DNA of 25,061 bases from a virus (taxonomy: Duplodnaviria > Caudoviricetes): IMG/VR virus record IMGVR_UViG_3300044448_000851, positions 1 through 25,061 of that record; one strand, written 5' to 3'. The number at the start of each line of letters is the position of its first letter. Position 1 is the stretch's first letter. Shown here in pieces: positions 1 through 7,965 of this stretch. Below the pieces are notes generated by a model. It made no database searches. It had not been told where the DNA came from and saw only the letters and a program-made list of their open reading frames with translations. Both the position numbers and the translations under genes were made by a program.

Positions 1-2
1 GC

Positions 3-413
3 GCGCGCTGGGCCATCGCCGAGCAACTGCACGGGCACGGCATCCACAGCGACGACATCCCACGGTTGCACCGATGGATCGCCTCAGGAGAGCCCAAGGA
101 AGGGCCACAGCGCCGCTATTTGGCTGGGCTGCTGTCGAACCCGGAAGACGTAGCCGAAGCCCTCAAAACGCTCGACAGGCACGCAGAGACGCGCGGCAAC
201 CAAGACCGCAACGGCATGCAATACGAGCCGCAGCCCATGGAGGGGGAAGACCCGGAGCAGTTCTCCGTAGAACGCGACGCGCAGATTGTGTTCGGGCGCA
301 TCCACGGCGACCACGCGTCAGCGGAGACCGTGGCCGCAGAAATGGGCTGGAAGCTGGAACAGGTGCAGAGCCTGTACACCATGGGCGCGCAGCTATACGG
401 GGGCGACCAATGA
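3..413 (+). CDS. Hypothetical protein, 5'-truncated by the window edge; possible C-terminal HTH
   Basis: The frame of the 66..413 ORF stays open back to base 3 (ARWAIAEQLHGHG...). Its stop overlaps the next ATG (ATGA at 410-413). The C-terminal SAETVAAEMGWKLEQV segment looks HTH-like. Confidence 0.6.
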   Translation, partial: ARWAIAEQLHGHGIHSDDIPRLHRWIASGEPKEGPQRRYLAGLLSNPEDVAEALKTLDRHAETRGNQDRNGMQYEPQPMEGEDPEQFSVERDAQIVFGRIHGDHASAETVAAEMGWKLEQVQSLYTMGAQLYGGDQ

Positions 414-784
414 TGCCCGAACGCCTGCGGCAGATCCTGGCGACGGGCGACTGCGACCCGCACGAAGCCCGCAAGATGGCCAAGCTGCTGATGGACGCCA
501 AGACGCGGGCCGCTGATGGCCCCACCAGCCACAAGGCTGCGGCGTCCGTGCAGAACATGACCCGGAAACGCAGCGACGTCATGTCGGCATTCCGACGGTT
601 CGGAGACCTGACCGACGAGCAACTGCGCGACGTATACGCCACCATGGACGGGGTCAGCGATCAGAGCGACTCGGGCCTGCGAACTAGGCGCAGCGAGTTG
701 GTCCGCATGGATCTGCTGCGCGATACCGGGCAGGTGCGGCGGATGCGCTCTGGCCGGCAGGCTGCTGTGTGGGGCTTGGCATGA
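410..784 (+). CDS. Phage winged-HTH-like DNA-binding protein (124 aa)
   Basis: This is the 3' part of the 74..784 ORF, restarted at ATG 410 (ATGA overlap). Motifs DGPTSHKAA, LTDEQL and SGLRTRRSELV...G..R...SGR.A.VW match a common small phage HTH family recognised from memory. Confidence 0.65.
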   Translation: MMPERLRQILATGDCDPHEARKMAKLLMDAKTRAADGPTSHKAAASVQNMTRKRSDVMSAFRRFGDLTDEQLRDVYATMDGVSDQSDSGLRTRRSELVRMDLLRDTGQVRRMRSGRQAAVWGLA

Positions 785-978
785 AGCGCAAGAAGCGCAA
801 GAAGGCTCCACAGGGCAAAGGGCAGGACCGATACAACAAGCAGCACATCCCGCTGCACATTGCGGAGCAGATGCTGCGACTGCGGCTGCAGCTCGAGCTC
901 GTGCCGCACTGGGAACGCCAGCCCCTGCTCGACAAGATCGAGAGCCTGCACCGACAAGCCAAGGCACTAAAGCGATGA
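781..978 (+). CDS. Small basic hypothetical protein (65 aa)
   Basis: ATGA overlaps at both ends (781-784 and 975-978). The N-terminus is KRKKRKK. Confidence 0.6.
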   Translation: MKRKKRKKAPQGKGQDRYNKQHIPLHIAEQMLRLRLQLELVPHWERQPLLDKIESLHRQAKALKR

Positions 979-1361
979 CCACCAGCCCAACGCAGCGCGC
1001 CCTCGCCTTGTGCCGCAAATACGGCTGGACCGCTCAGGTAGTTGAGCGGTGGAACCCGCACGCACGGGTCCGCCAGGATCTGTTCGGCTGCATCGACCTG
1101 ATCCTGTTGGAAGGCCCGCAGACTGGCGTGGTCGGCGTGCAGGTCACCAGCGGCAGCGGGCACAGCGCGCGGGTCCGCAAGTCGCTGGACGAGCCGCGCG
1201 TGCGCCAGTGGCTCGAGGCTCCGGCGCGGTTCGAGGTCTGGTCGTTTGCCAAGCGCGGGCCAGCAGGCAAGCGGAAGCTGTGGACCCTGCGAGCGCAGGC
1301 GATCGAACTGGACGGCGACGAGCTGCGCGTGGTCGATATAAAAAAGCAGCCGACGGACTAG
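975..1361 (+). CDS. PD-(D/E)XK-type nuclease, probable Holliday junction resolvase
   Basis: SPTQRAL..R..GW...VVERWNPH...RQDLFG.IDLI...GVQVT fits the Hjc-like phage nuclease pattern, with a DL(I) acid followed by QVT in place of EXK. It is 128 aa and lies at the end of the early/middle gene block. Confidence 0.7.
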   Translation: MTTSPTQRALALCRKYGWTAQVVERWNPHARVRQDLFGCIDLILLEGPQTGVVGVQVTSGSGHSARVRKSLDEPRVRQWLEAPARFEVWSFAKRGPAGKRKLWTLRAQAIELDGDELRVVDIKKQPTD

Positions 1362-1377
1362 GCGTTCCGTCGGCTGC
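1340..1377 (-). terminator. Rho-independent terminator of the late (- strand) operon
   Basis: Perfect 12-bp stem GCAGCCGACGGA (1346-1357) / TCCGTCGGCTGC (1366-1377) with an 8-nt loop. A6 at 1340-1345 gives a U6 tail on the - strand. It sits where the two gene blocks converge. Confidence 0.9.
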
Positions 1378-1380
1378 CAG

Positions 1381-1470
1381 TGGCGTCAGCGTCTTGCAGC
1401 AAGCCCCGAAAGGCTGCCGCGCTGGTAGGGGGGGGAAGGGTTGCGTCCGGTCAGACCCTGGGCGACGCCA
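1381..1470 (-). ncRNA. Candidate structured 3'-UTR RNA element
   Basis: On the - strand: TGGCGT/ACGCCA closing stem, AGGGT/ACCCT hairpin, C8 linker, then CAGCG/CGCTG and GCAGC/GCTGC stems capped by a UUCG loop. It lies directly upstream of the terminator. Confidence 0.35.
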
Positions 1471-1480
1471 CAGGCGGATG

Positions 1481-1696
1481 CTATCGAGGCCCGACGCTAA
1501 TGTCGAGGACCGTGCCTGCCCATTCTTGTGGAAAAATGACCTCCGCGCGCACACGCCCAGCAGGGCCAAGCAGCTCGGCGCGCGGCTCGTCATCTACTGG
1601 CAGCAGGTCCACGATCAGACCCACCAGCCAGACCCAAAACAGCACGCAGCAGGTCAGCAGAGCCGACCACACGACGAACCGGCTGGGGTAGCGCAT
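1481..1696 (-). CDS. Small membrane protein with N-terminal TM helix (71 aa)
   Basis: Restarted at ATG 1696, a TGATG overlap with the upstream stop. Hydrophobic stretch FVVWSALLTCCVLFWVWLVGLIV. Confidence 0.65.
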   Translation of the reverse strand: MRYPSRFVVWSALLTCCVLFWVWLVGLIVDLLPVDDEPRAELLGPAGRVRAEVIFPQEWAGTVLDISVGPR

Positions 1697-1977
1697 CAGA
1701 CCGGCAGGGCCTTGGACATGACGCGGCCCACGGTCTCGGTGACCCAATCGGTCACAGCCTGCACGGCGTTAGCCGCCTCGGCTTGGCCGATGTTGGCCAG
1801 CGTCGCCTTGACGATCGCGACCTCGGCGGCGGCAGCTTGTGGGTCGGTCAGCGCAAGCATGGCCACGCGGCTGGCGTCGGACGCCATGGCTGCCAGCATC
1901 TCCTGCTTGGCGGGGTCGGTGACGGATGCCTTCAGCTTGTCGGCGAGGGCTTCCACAGATTCGTTCAGGTCGCTCAT
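1696..1977 (-). CDS. Ala-rich helical hypothetical protein (93 aa)
   Basis: Coupled to both neighbours (ATGA and TGATG overlaps). The sequence has an amphipathic helical pattern. Confidence 0.75.
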   Translation of the reverse strand: MSDLNESVEALADKLKASVTDPAKQEMLAAMASDASRVAMLALTDPQAAAAEVAIVKATLANIGQAEAANAVQAVTDWVTETVGRVMSKALPV

Positions 1978-2204
1978 TTCTTCTTGGTGTTGGCTTCGAT
2001 GCGAAGCTGCCAGGTGTCGAGGAGACGCATGCGGGAAGCCTTGGACGGAGCGTCGAGCGCCTCGTCGGCTTCCACGTACGCACGATACGACGGCGCGATT
2101 GCGTCGTAGGTCAGTTGGTCGGCCTTCACGTAGGCATCAGCAACGCTTATGCCTTCGCAGCCGGTAAGCAGCGCCAGAGCTGCCAGAGCGCAGAGCTTCT
2201 TCAC
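1974..2204 (-). CDS. Lipoprotein (76 aa), o-spanin-like candidate
   Basis: GTG start at 2204 overlaps the upstream TGA, with a GAAGGA SD 6 nt upstream. Signal peptide MKKLCALAALALLTG-C carries the lipobox LTGC. Confidence 0.8.
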   Translation of the reverse strand: MKKLCALAALALLTGCEGISVADAYVKADQLTYDAIAPSYRAYVEADEALDAPSKASRMRLLDTWQLRIEANTKKK

Positions 2205-2704
2205 TTGGTGTCCTTCTGTTTCGGGGTGTCGGGTTTCTTGGTGGGTGGCTTCGGAGCGTCGTGCCCGTTGCCGTTCGGTTCTTCCGTCGGACTGCCCTCG
2301 GAGATAATCGAGCGCAGGTTGGCCATCAGACCCGTCACCAGCAGCGTCAGCAACGCCGAAGCGACCGAGACCGACTCGTCGGGGATCGCGCCCGTGCCAA
2401 GCATGACGATGAACCCGCCGATCAGGATGCACAGGATGAACGGCGTCGTTTTGGCGAGGTTGAGTCGCGCGGCCTCCGTGGCAGACGTGTTGAGTTTGAT
2501 GCGTGCCAGCTCGAGCTGGATCTCTTCGCGGCGCATCTCGCGTTCGGCCTGCTTCTCGGCTTTCTCACGAGCGACGATCGCGTTGTATCGCGCCTGCGCT
2601 TCCTTGGTCTCCTCGCGTTTCATCCGCAGTGCGGCTTTTTCGTCTTTCACGATGATGGTCTGCGGGTTGGAGGTTTCGGGGTTCAGCTCGTCGTTCTTGG
2701 CCAT
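2201..2704 (-). CDS. Two-TM membrane protein with N-terminal coiled coil, holin-like candidate
   Basis: Charged heptad-like N-terminus, then TM1 PFILCILIGGFIVMLGTG, TM2 VSVASALLTLLVTGLMA, and a basic Pro-rich tail. Confidence 0.7.
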   Translation of the reverse strand: MAKNDELNPETSNPQTIIVKDEKAALRMKREETKEAQARYNAIVAREKAEKQAEREMRREEIQLELARIKLNTSATEAARLNLAKTTPFILCILIGGFIVMLGTGAIPDESVSVASALLTLLVTGLMANLRSIISEGSPTEEPNGNGHDAPKPPTKKPDTPKQKDTK

Positions 2705-2711
2705 GGCTAGC

Positions 2712-2954
2712 TCATAGGTATTTAGTCAACAATGCTGCCGCCACCGGGATGGCTCCGCCGATCAGCCCTGCCAGGCCGCAGCGCACCTCGAGAGACGCGA
2801 TCTTCTTTTCGATGTCGAACAGGCGCGAGTAGAGCTCGCGCATCTCGCCCTTGAAGTTGCTGCGCTCTTCTCGGATCTCGGTGGTGAGTCGGTCGATGCT
2901 GCCCATAACCAGCCGCCGGTATTCGTCCCAAGTGTTGCCGTTCGTGTCGTTCAT
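2712..2954 (-). CDS. XhlA/holin-like small protein (coiled coil plus C-terminal TM)
   Basis: 80 aa. A coiled-coil N-terminus is followed by GLAGLIGGAIPVAAALL. It lies directly after the tail genes, where lysis genes usually sit. Confidence 0.65.
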   Translation of the reverse strand: MNDTNGNTWDEYRRLVMGSIDRLTTEIREERSNFKGEMRELYSRLFDIEKKIASLEVRCGLAGLIGGAIPVAAALLTKYL

Positions 2955-2958
2955 TGGA

Positions 2959-3561
2959 TCAAGTCAGGCGGACGATTCGCAGCAGCGTGCCGTTCAGCAC
3001 TAGGTTGGCGGTGCCGTCGGCGTCGGCCTCGGCTTGAAACTTGAGCTTGTCGCCGTCGCTAAGACTGAGCAGCGTGCTCAACGTGACGGTGCCCGTGTTC
3101 TGGTCCGTGTCGCGCGAGCTGTAGTTGCTGGCCGTGTGCATGCTCTGCCGCACAAACCCGCTGCCCGTGTCTAACCACGTTCGGCAAAACGCTTCCACGC
3201 GGTTGTTGCCGCTGATGCGGAACGAGCAGTCGATCAGATAACGACCGTCGGCGTGGATGTTCACGATCGTGGCGTCGCTGGTGTCTGTGCCGCTGTCCTC
3301 GTCGTCGATTAGGATGTTGCCCGATGCGTCGGTCAGCGCATCGCTCGAGGCCGTATCCCACGAGGCGTACACCGTTGTATTGGCGACGGACGCGGTGGAC
3401 GTTCCTACGGCGAGCATCGTGCTGGCGCTGTCGTAGTAGAAGCGCATGCCGTTGTCGTCGTCCTGCGTGATCCGCACCTCGACGCCTGTGGTCGATGCGC
3501 CGACAACGTTGAGGAAGTCCCGCAGCAGCGCCACCGCTTCGCGTTTCGTGTAGTCAACCAT
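2959..3561 (-). CDS. Candidate receptor-binding/tail fibre protein with C1q/BclA-CTD-like C-terminal beta domain (200 aa)
   Basis: Restarted at ATG 3561 (TGATG overlap). The pattern DGRYLI...TLLSLSDGDKLKFQ...LRIVRL resembles C1q/TNF-like jelly-roll domains. It follows the tail-tip gene. Confidence 0.6.
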   Translation of the reverse strand: MVDYTKREAVALLRDFLNVVGASTTGVEVRITQDDDNGMRFYYDSASTMLAVGTSTASVANTTVYASWDTASSDALTDASGNILIDDEDSGTDTSDATIVNIHADGRYLIDCSFRISGNNRVEAFCRTWLDTGSGFVRQSMHTASNYSSRDTDQNTGTVTLSTLLSLSDGDKLKFQAEADADGTANLVLNGTLLRIVRLT

Positions 3562-6500
3562 CAGACGATGAACTGCGCCTCCGGGCTGTCGCCGTGCTTC
3601 CCGATCTGCTGCACGCCGATGTAGTAGGTTTCCGACGATCCTGGCGTGTAGCCCGCCGCCGTAGCTCGAGCGTCGGGCCAATCGAAGAAGCGGTCGCGCA
3701 GCGTGTTGCTGCCCGTGCTGGGGTCCGCCTCGATGACAACGCTGTCAACCTGCACGTCATACGCGCCGTCGCGGTAGAACTTGATGCGGTAGCCCTCAAA
3801 TGGCTCGTCCATCGTGTGCGGCGGCTGCGTGCCTAGCGGCAAGACCGCGCGTTCCCAATGGACCGGACTCTGCCCAGTGCCTGGACCTGCGTGAATCATG
3901 AACCGCGTCACTGATGTGACGCTGTTGTATGCCTTTGTCGCGTAGCGCACAGGCAGCGGCAGCACGTTGCGGAACGCTGGCGAGCTCACGGTCAGCTCGT
4001 CAACGGTGGCCAAATCCGCGCCCGATGGCACAACCTTATACTTGAGCGTGCTGGGCGTCGGCCCGGCGAACTGCCGGAAGAACAGGCCGCTGGTGCTCTG
4101 GTTCAGCAGCACGATCGAGCTGCCCAAAGCTTGCGCGATGGGCGAGGTGCCGCGCAACCCGCGCAGCCAGCCGCCGAGCGTAAACGTCAGGTTGCCGTTG
4201 TCGGTCACCGTCGTAAAAGCAGCGATCTCCACCGCGCCCGTGCTGACGTTTGTGATGGCGCACCAGTTCTTGCCCGCCTCCGCCTGCGCCTGCGTGCATG
4301 CTTCGATCGTGTCCGTGCCTTGGTTGTCCCAGTAGACGTCTACCGTTTGGCTACGGAGCGAGACCGTAGACGTGCCGTATGCCTCGCTAGCCGTCTGCGC
4401 CGACAGCGTGCCCAGCGTGTAGGCCAACGCCGCAGATCCGCCGATGCTGCTCACGGGGAGGTAGCTGTTGCCATCTTGCGACTCGTAGACGGTGGCGCTC
4501 TGTAGCGTGCCGCCCGTCACAATGACCGCCAGACGGATGCCCGGCGTCGTCACCTCGGCGTTGCTGATGCCAGGCGCGTCGATGGACAGCGTGGTTACGG
4601 TGGCAGGCGCTGGCGTGCTCTGTGGCACGATCGTGCTGGACGATTGCACCGGGCTACCTGCGACCGAGACGTTAGTCTGCTCGGCCACGGCGGTGATGTT
4701 TATGAGGAAGTTCGACCCGATGTCGCGCTGGATGATACGCGCCACGACGGTGGTGCCCTCGTCGTCGGTCCAGGTGACCAGATCGTTCTCGAGCAGGTGC
4801 AGGTATGCAGCGGGCAGCGTAAACCGATACGTGCGCCGGTTGATCCAAGCTCGCCGCATCATCGTCGTGGTCAGGTTGCGCGCCTCGCGTCTCGTCAGCA
4901 CCATCGAGCTCAGATCCATGATCTGCTCGTTCGTGTGGTCGGTGCCCTCTGGATTGCGTAGGCCGAAGTGCTCGAACCCGATGGCAAAGCCTGCGTCGGG
5001 ATCTTGGAAGCGCAGGCCGATGCTGGTGGGCATGTCGGCCTGCGGCTTGTCTTCCATTTGCACCTTGTCGTAGGGCATGTCCTGCCCTTGGATGCGCGTG
5101 CCCAAATCCGAAAAGGTGCTGCCGTTCTCGATCTGGACGCTGTCAGCGTTGTCTACGTCAAACAGGCAGACAACACCGTCGCGGTCTTGCGCCAGGATCT
5201 GGCCGGCCACAAGCAGCGGCTGCACCTGCGACATGGCTGGCGCGATGCCACGCACGAATGCCCCACGAAATGGGCGCTGCGTTACTTGGCTTGGGTCGAT
5301 CTGCGTGTTCTTCAAGTCGCCACGCTGTAGCACGACCTCGAGAGCCTGCGGCCAACTCATATCATCGTCAATGTCCAGAATGGCCTCGAGGTTCGTAGGC
5401 ATCTGGTCGCCGAACACGCTGACGTAGAAGTCGCTTAGACCCTGCGACGCCATGCCGCGATAGTTGGACGTTTTGTCGCTGCCGATGTCGGTAACCAGAA
5501 GCGAGGGCTGCGTCTGGCTGTCGTCTCCGTCGTTGTAGTTGGCGACCGCGTCGAAGTCCTCGGGGAAGATGCCCGTGGTAAATCGCTGATCCTCGGCAAA
5601 TACCAGCAACAGCTCGCGACCGCTTAGTGCGTCGATGTTGCCCCCTGTAGTGCTAAGGACCGCCGAACCCGCACCAGCCTCGGCATCGTCGAGGGCTTGC
5701 GCCATGTCTTCCAATTCAACCGTCGCGCCTGCGCTGAGAATCCGTCGGACTCTTAACGCTAACGGGGTCGTAAAAAATGCACCGCCCGTGCTCAGTTGCA
5801 GCTTGGCATTCAGCAACAAGACGCGATCCTGCTCTTGGAAAACGACACCAGGATCCACCAGCGAGCTAGTCACATGCTGATACGTCAAAGCAGACGAAGG
5901 AAACGCATCGGCCTTGACGGTCATCGTCGAACCGCCCAGAGCGTCGTCCGCGCGTTTGACGCTGGCCGGGCTGAACGGCGTGCCGCCCGTGTAGCTCAAG
6001 CTGGTCACGCTCTCGCCTGACAGCGGCGCGACCGTGAGCGTGCTGCCTGCGGTCGGAGTAGCGGCAGTGATTGCGGTCACCTCGTAGTGCTTGCCGTTCC
6101 ACGTAGTCGGGCCTGCGACGCGCACAAAGTCGCTAGGAATGACAACGTCGCCGACCTTGAACGTATCGCGGAAGTCGGGGTCGTATTCATCGACCAAGCT
6201 AACCACCACCGAGCTGCTCGAGACGGCTGCGCTCAGGTTGGCCGTGGTCACGCCAATCAGGTTCCGGTCGTTAAACAGCAGCAGTTGGCCGTTGCCGATT
6301 AGCTGCAACAGGCGCGCGGTCTTGCGGTCGTTCAGATGCACCAGCGCGTTGACGTATACGCGCTTGAGGCTGACATCCGTGCCGCCCTTGCTGCCGCCCC
6401 CGACGCCTTCTTCGCGTGCCTTGCTGCTCTGATACATGACGTGCGACGGCACGCGCATGCGAGCTCCTAGCGCAAACACGCGCGGCGCTCCTGGCCCTTG

Positions 6501-6677
6501 CTCTGTCAACGGAAGGCTGGCCAGTTGCGGCAGGCGGCTCTCGTCGGGATCGCCTGCGAGCGCCGGGTATATGTAGGTCTGGTCTATGTAGGCAGCGGCT
6601 AGCCCGACCGCCCAGCCCACGACGGGGACGGTAAAGACTCCGGCTGCTGCTGCTGCTCCTACGCCTGCTGACGCCAT
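3561..6677 (-). CDS. Large tail-tip/host-specificity protein (GTA megatron / Phage-tail_3-like)
   Basis: 1038 aa. The N-terminus AAAYIDQ...RL..L....GAPRVF..G..MRV, the central NYRG and RRTYRFTLPAAYLHLLENDLV, and the C-terminal EIAAF...LGGWLRGLRGT are typical of this family. Synteny after DUF2163 and NlpC/P60 agrees. Confidence 0.85.
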   Translation of the reverse strand: MASAGVGAAAAAGVFTVPVVGWAVGLAAAYIDQTYIYPALAGDPDESRLPQLASLPLTEQGPGAPRVFALGARMRVPSHVMYQSSKAREEGVGGGSKGGTDVSLKRVYVNALVHLNDRKTARLLQLIGNGQLLLFNDRNLIGVTTANLSAAVSSSSVVVSLVDEYDPDFRDTFKVGDVVIPSDFVRVAGPTTWNGKHYEVTAITAATPTAGSTLTVAPLSGESVTSLSYTGGTPFSPASVKRADDALGGSTMTVKADAFPSSALTYQHVTSSLVDPGVVFQEQDRVLLLNAKLQLSTGGAFFTTPLALRVRRILSAGATVELEDMAQALDDAEAGAGSAVLSTTGGNIDALSGRELLLVFAEDQRFTTGIFPEDFDAVANYNDGDDSQTQPSLLVTDIGSDKTSNYRGMASQGLSDFYVSVFGDQMPTNLEAILDIDDDMSWPQALEVVLQRGDLKNTQIDPSQVTQRPFRGAFVRGIAPAMSQVQPLLVAGQILAQDRDGVVCLFDVDNADSVQIENGSTFSDLGTRIQGQDMPYDKVQMEDKPQADMPTSIGLRFQDPDAGFAIGFEHFGLRNPEGTDHTNEQIMDLSSMVLTRREARNLTTTMMRRAWINRRTYRFTLPAAYLHLLENDLVTWTDDEGTTVVARIIQRDIGSNFLINITAVAEQTNVSVAGSPVQSSSTIVPQSTPAPATVTTLSIDAPGISNAEVTTPGIRLAVIVTGGTLQSATVYESQDGNSYLPVSSIGGSAALAYTLGTLSAQTASEAYGTSTVSLRSQTVDVYWDNQGTDTIEACTQAQAEAGKNWCAITNVSTGAVEIAAFTTVTDNGNLTFTLGGWLRGLRGTSPIAQALGSSIVLLNQSTSGLFFRQFAGPTPSTLKYKVVPSGADLATVDELTVSSPAFRNVLPLPVRYATKAYNSVTSVTRFMIHAGPGTGQSPVHWERAVLPLGTQPPHTMDEPFEGYRIKFYRDGAYDVQVDSVVIEADPSTGSNTLRDRFFDWPDARATAAGYTPGSSETYYIGVQQIGKHGDSPEAQFIV

Positions 6678-7081
6678 GCGATCTCCTTAAAGCACCAGCC
6701 GCGCACGTTCTCGCGACGCCATACAAACTCGACGACGCGGTTGCGCCGCGCATACGCGGTGACGCACAACGTGCCGCCGTCGATGTCATGCAGTGGCACG
6801 ACGACATGCCGCGCGCCGCCTACGAACGGAACCTGCCAGATGTGCGCGATCCCTGCGTCCTCGACAGGCTGGCAAAAGTCCGAGAGGCCGTCGATCAGAT
6901 CCTGCTCGCTTGGCTGCGAGCTGTAGGTGGGCGTCGGCTCGAGCTCTGCGCCCGCTTGCACCGCTGCCGCATACGGAACGCCCACACAATCGACGCCGCC
7001 CCCTGGGCTGCGTCCTGCATGCCTCACGGAGCACCCGACAAGCGAGCGCACTGCGTCGGCGTATGTTTGCCAAGCAATCAT
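6659..7081 (-). CDS. NlpC/P60 family tail-associated peptidase
   Basis: HAGRSPGGGVDCVGV contains the catalytic Cys motif and RHVVV the His. The position between hub and tail-tip genes is canonical. Confidence 0.85.
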   Translation of the reverse strand: MIAWQTYADAVRSLVGCSVRHAGRSPGGGVDCVGVPYAAAVQAGAELEPTPTYSSQPSEQDLIDGLSDFCQPVEDAGIAHIWQVPFVGGARHVVVPLHDIDGGTLCVTAYARRNRVVEFVWRRENVRGWCFKEIAWRQQA

Positions 7082-7965
7082 TCGATGACAGGTTCCCTGA
7101 TGTTGCCTGCGCGCGGCTCGAGGTCGCTGCCGCCAAAGTTCTGCTGGTTGCTAAACTTGTCTTTGCAGGTGTCAAACAGGCCGTTGCATCCGGGCTTCAC
7201 GGTGCCACGGTCGCCCACGGCCATCGCTTGCAGCGTCGGGATCAGCAGACGGCATTCTCGCGTGCTGTAGGTGAACCCGACGATCGGGCTGACCTGCCCC
7301 ACGTTGTTGCCGGTAGTCCAGACGATGCTGCCGTCGCGGTAGTAATCGTCTACCTGCCCAGCAGACGGCGGCGCGAAGCTGGCTGTGGTGAACCGCACCG
7401 TCATGTAGGCATCGGGCACGGTGTCCACGATCGCCGTGGCGATGGTCGTGGCGCTGATGTCAGCCTGACAGAACCCGCCGCCCAGCTCGTACTGGCAAGT
7501 CTCGCTGAAATGGCCACCGAAACGCCCGCCGGTCTGGCGTCGCAGTTTCTGGGTGACGCTCTGCATGGTGCCCACGAAGTTGCTGCCGTCGTAGACGATG
7601 CGCGCGATGATTCGCTGGTGCCTGCTGTAGACGATGGCGGGCTTGCACCAGTCCACGACGAGCAGATGCACGGTCGCGCCGCGATACTTCTGCTGCCGTA
7701 GCTGTGGCAGCGTGATGCTTGTGCCGTCGATGACGCCGCGAACGTCTTGATCGCCCGCGCGCAGCCCGCCCTCGCGACGGTCGGCGCTCAGACTGCCCAA
7801 CACGATCGGCAGGTATGTCTTGCTCTCGACCGTTAGCTTGCGGTCGTGATCTGTGAACAGCAGCTCGCTGCCATCCAAAGCGACGACGCGCAGGCAGTGC
7901 GCCAGATGCTTGCCGCGATGGTATCGCAGCAAGTCCTCGGCCATGCGTCCCGGTCGCGTCGTCAT
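7078..7965 (-). CDS. Baseplate hub protein (DUF2163/BR0599 family)
   Basis: Contains DG....FTDHD, C..ELG...C and the C-terminal GC.....TC..KF.N..NF.G. The four Cys match the Fe-S-binding pattern of lambda gpL-like hubs. Confidence 0.9.
   Translation of the reverse strand: MTTRPGRMAEDLLRYHRGKHLAHCLRVVALDGSELLFTDHDRKLTVESKTYLPIVLGSLSADRREGGLRAGDQDVRGVIDGTSITLPQLRQQKYRGATVHLLVVDWCKPAIVYSRHQRIIARIVYDGSNFVGTMQSVTQKLRRQTGGRFGGHFSETCQYELGGGFCQADISATTIATAIVDTVPDAYMTVRFTTASFAPPSAGQVDDYYRDGSIVWTTGNNVGQVSPIVGFTYSTRECRLLIPTLQAMAVGDRGTVKPGCNGLFDTCKDKFSNQQNFGGSDLEPRAGNIREPVIE

Noticed and set aside
74-409. N-terminal extension of the 74..784 ORF; similar over-extended starts at 1747, 2432, 3681, 12361 and 23637
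   Set aside because: These extensions overlap upstream genes in another frame. Stop-start overlaps define better starts at 410, 1696, 2204, 3561, 12181 and 23484.
1527-1535. DnaA-box match TTTTCCACA on the - strand
   Set aside because: It is a single copy inside a coding region with no cluster or AT-rich unwinding element, so it is compatible with chance.
1049-2167. 372-aa + strand ORF spanning the convergence point
   Set aside because: It has Arg/Ala/Pro-rich off-frame composition and overlaps better-supported genes and the terminator.
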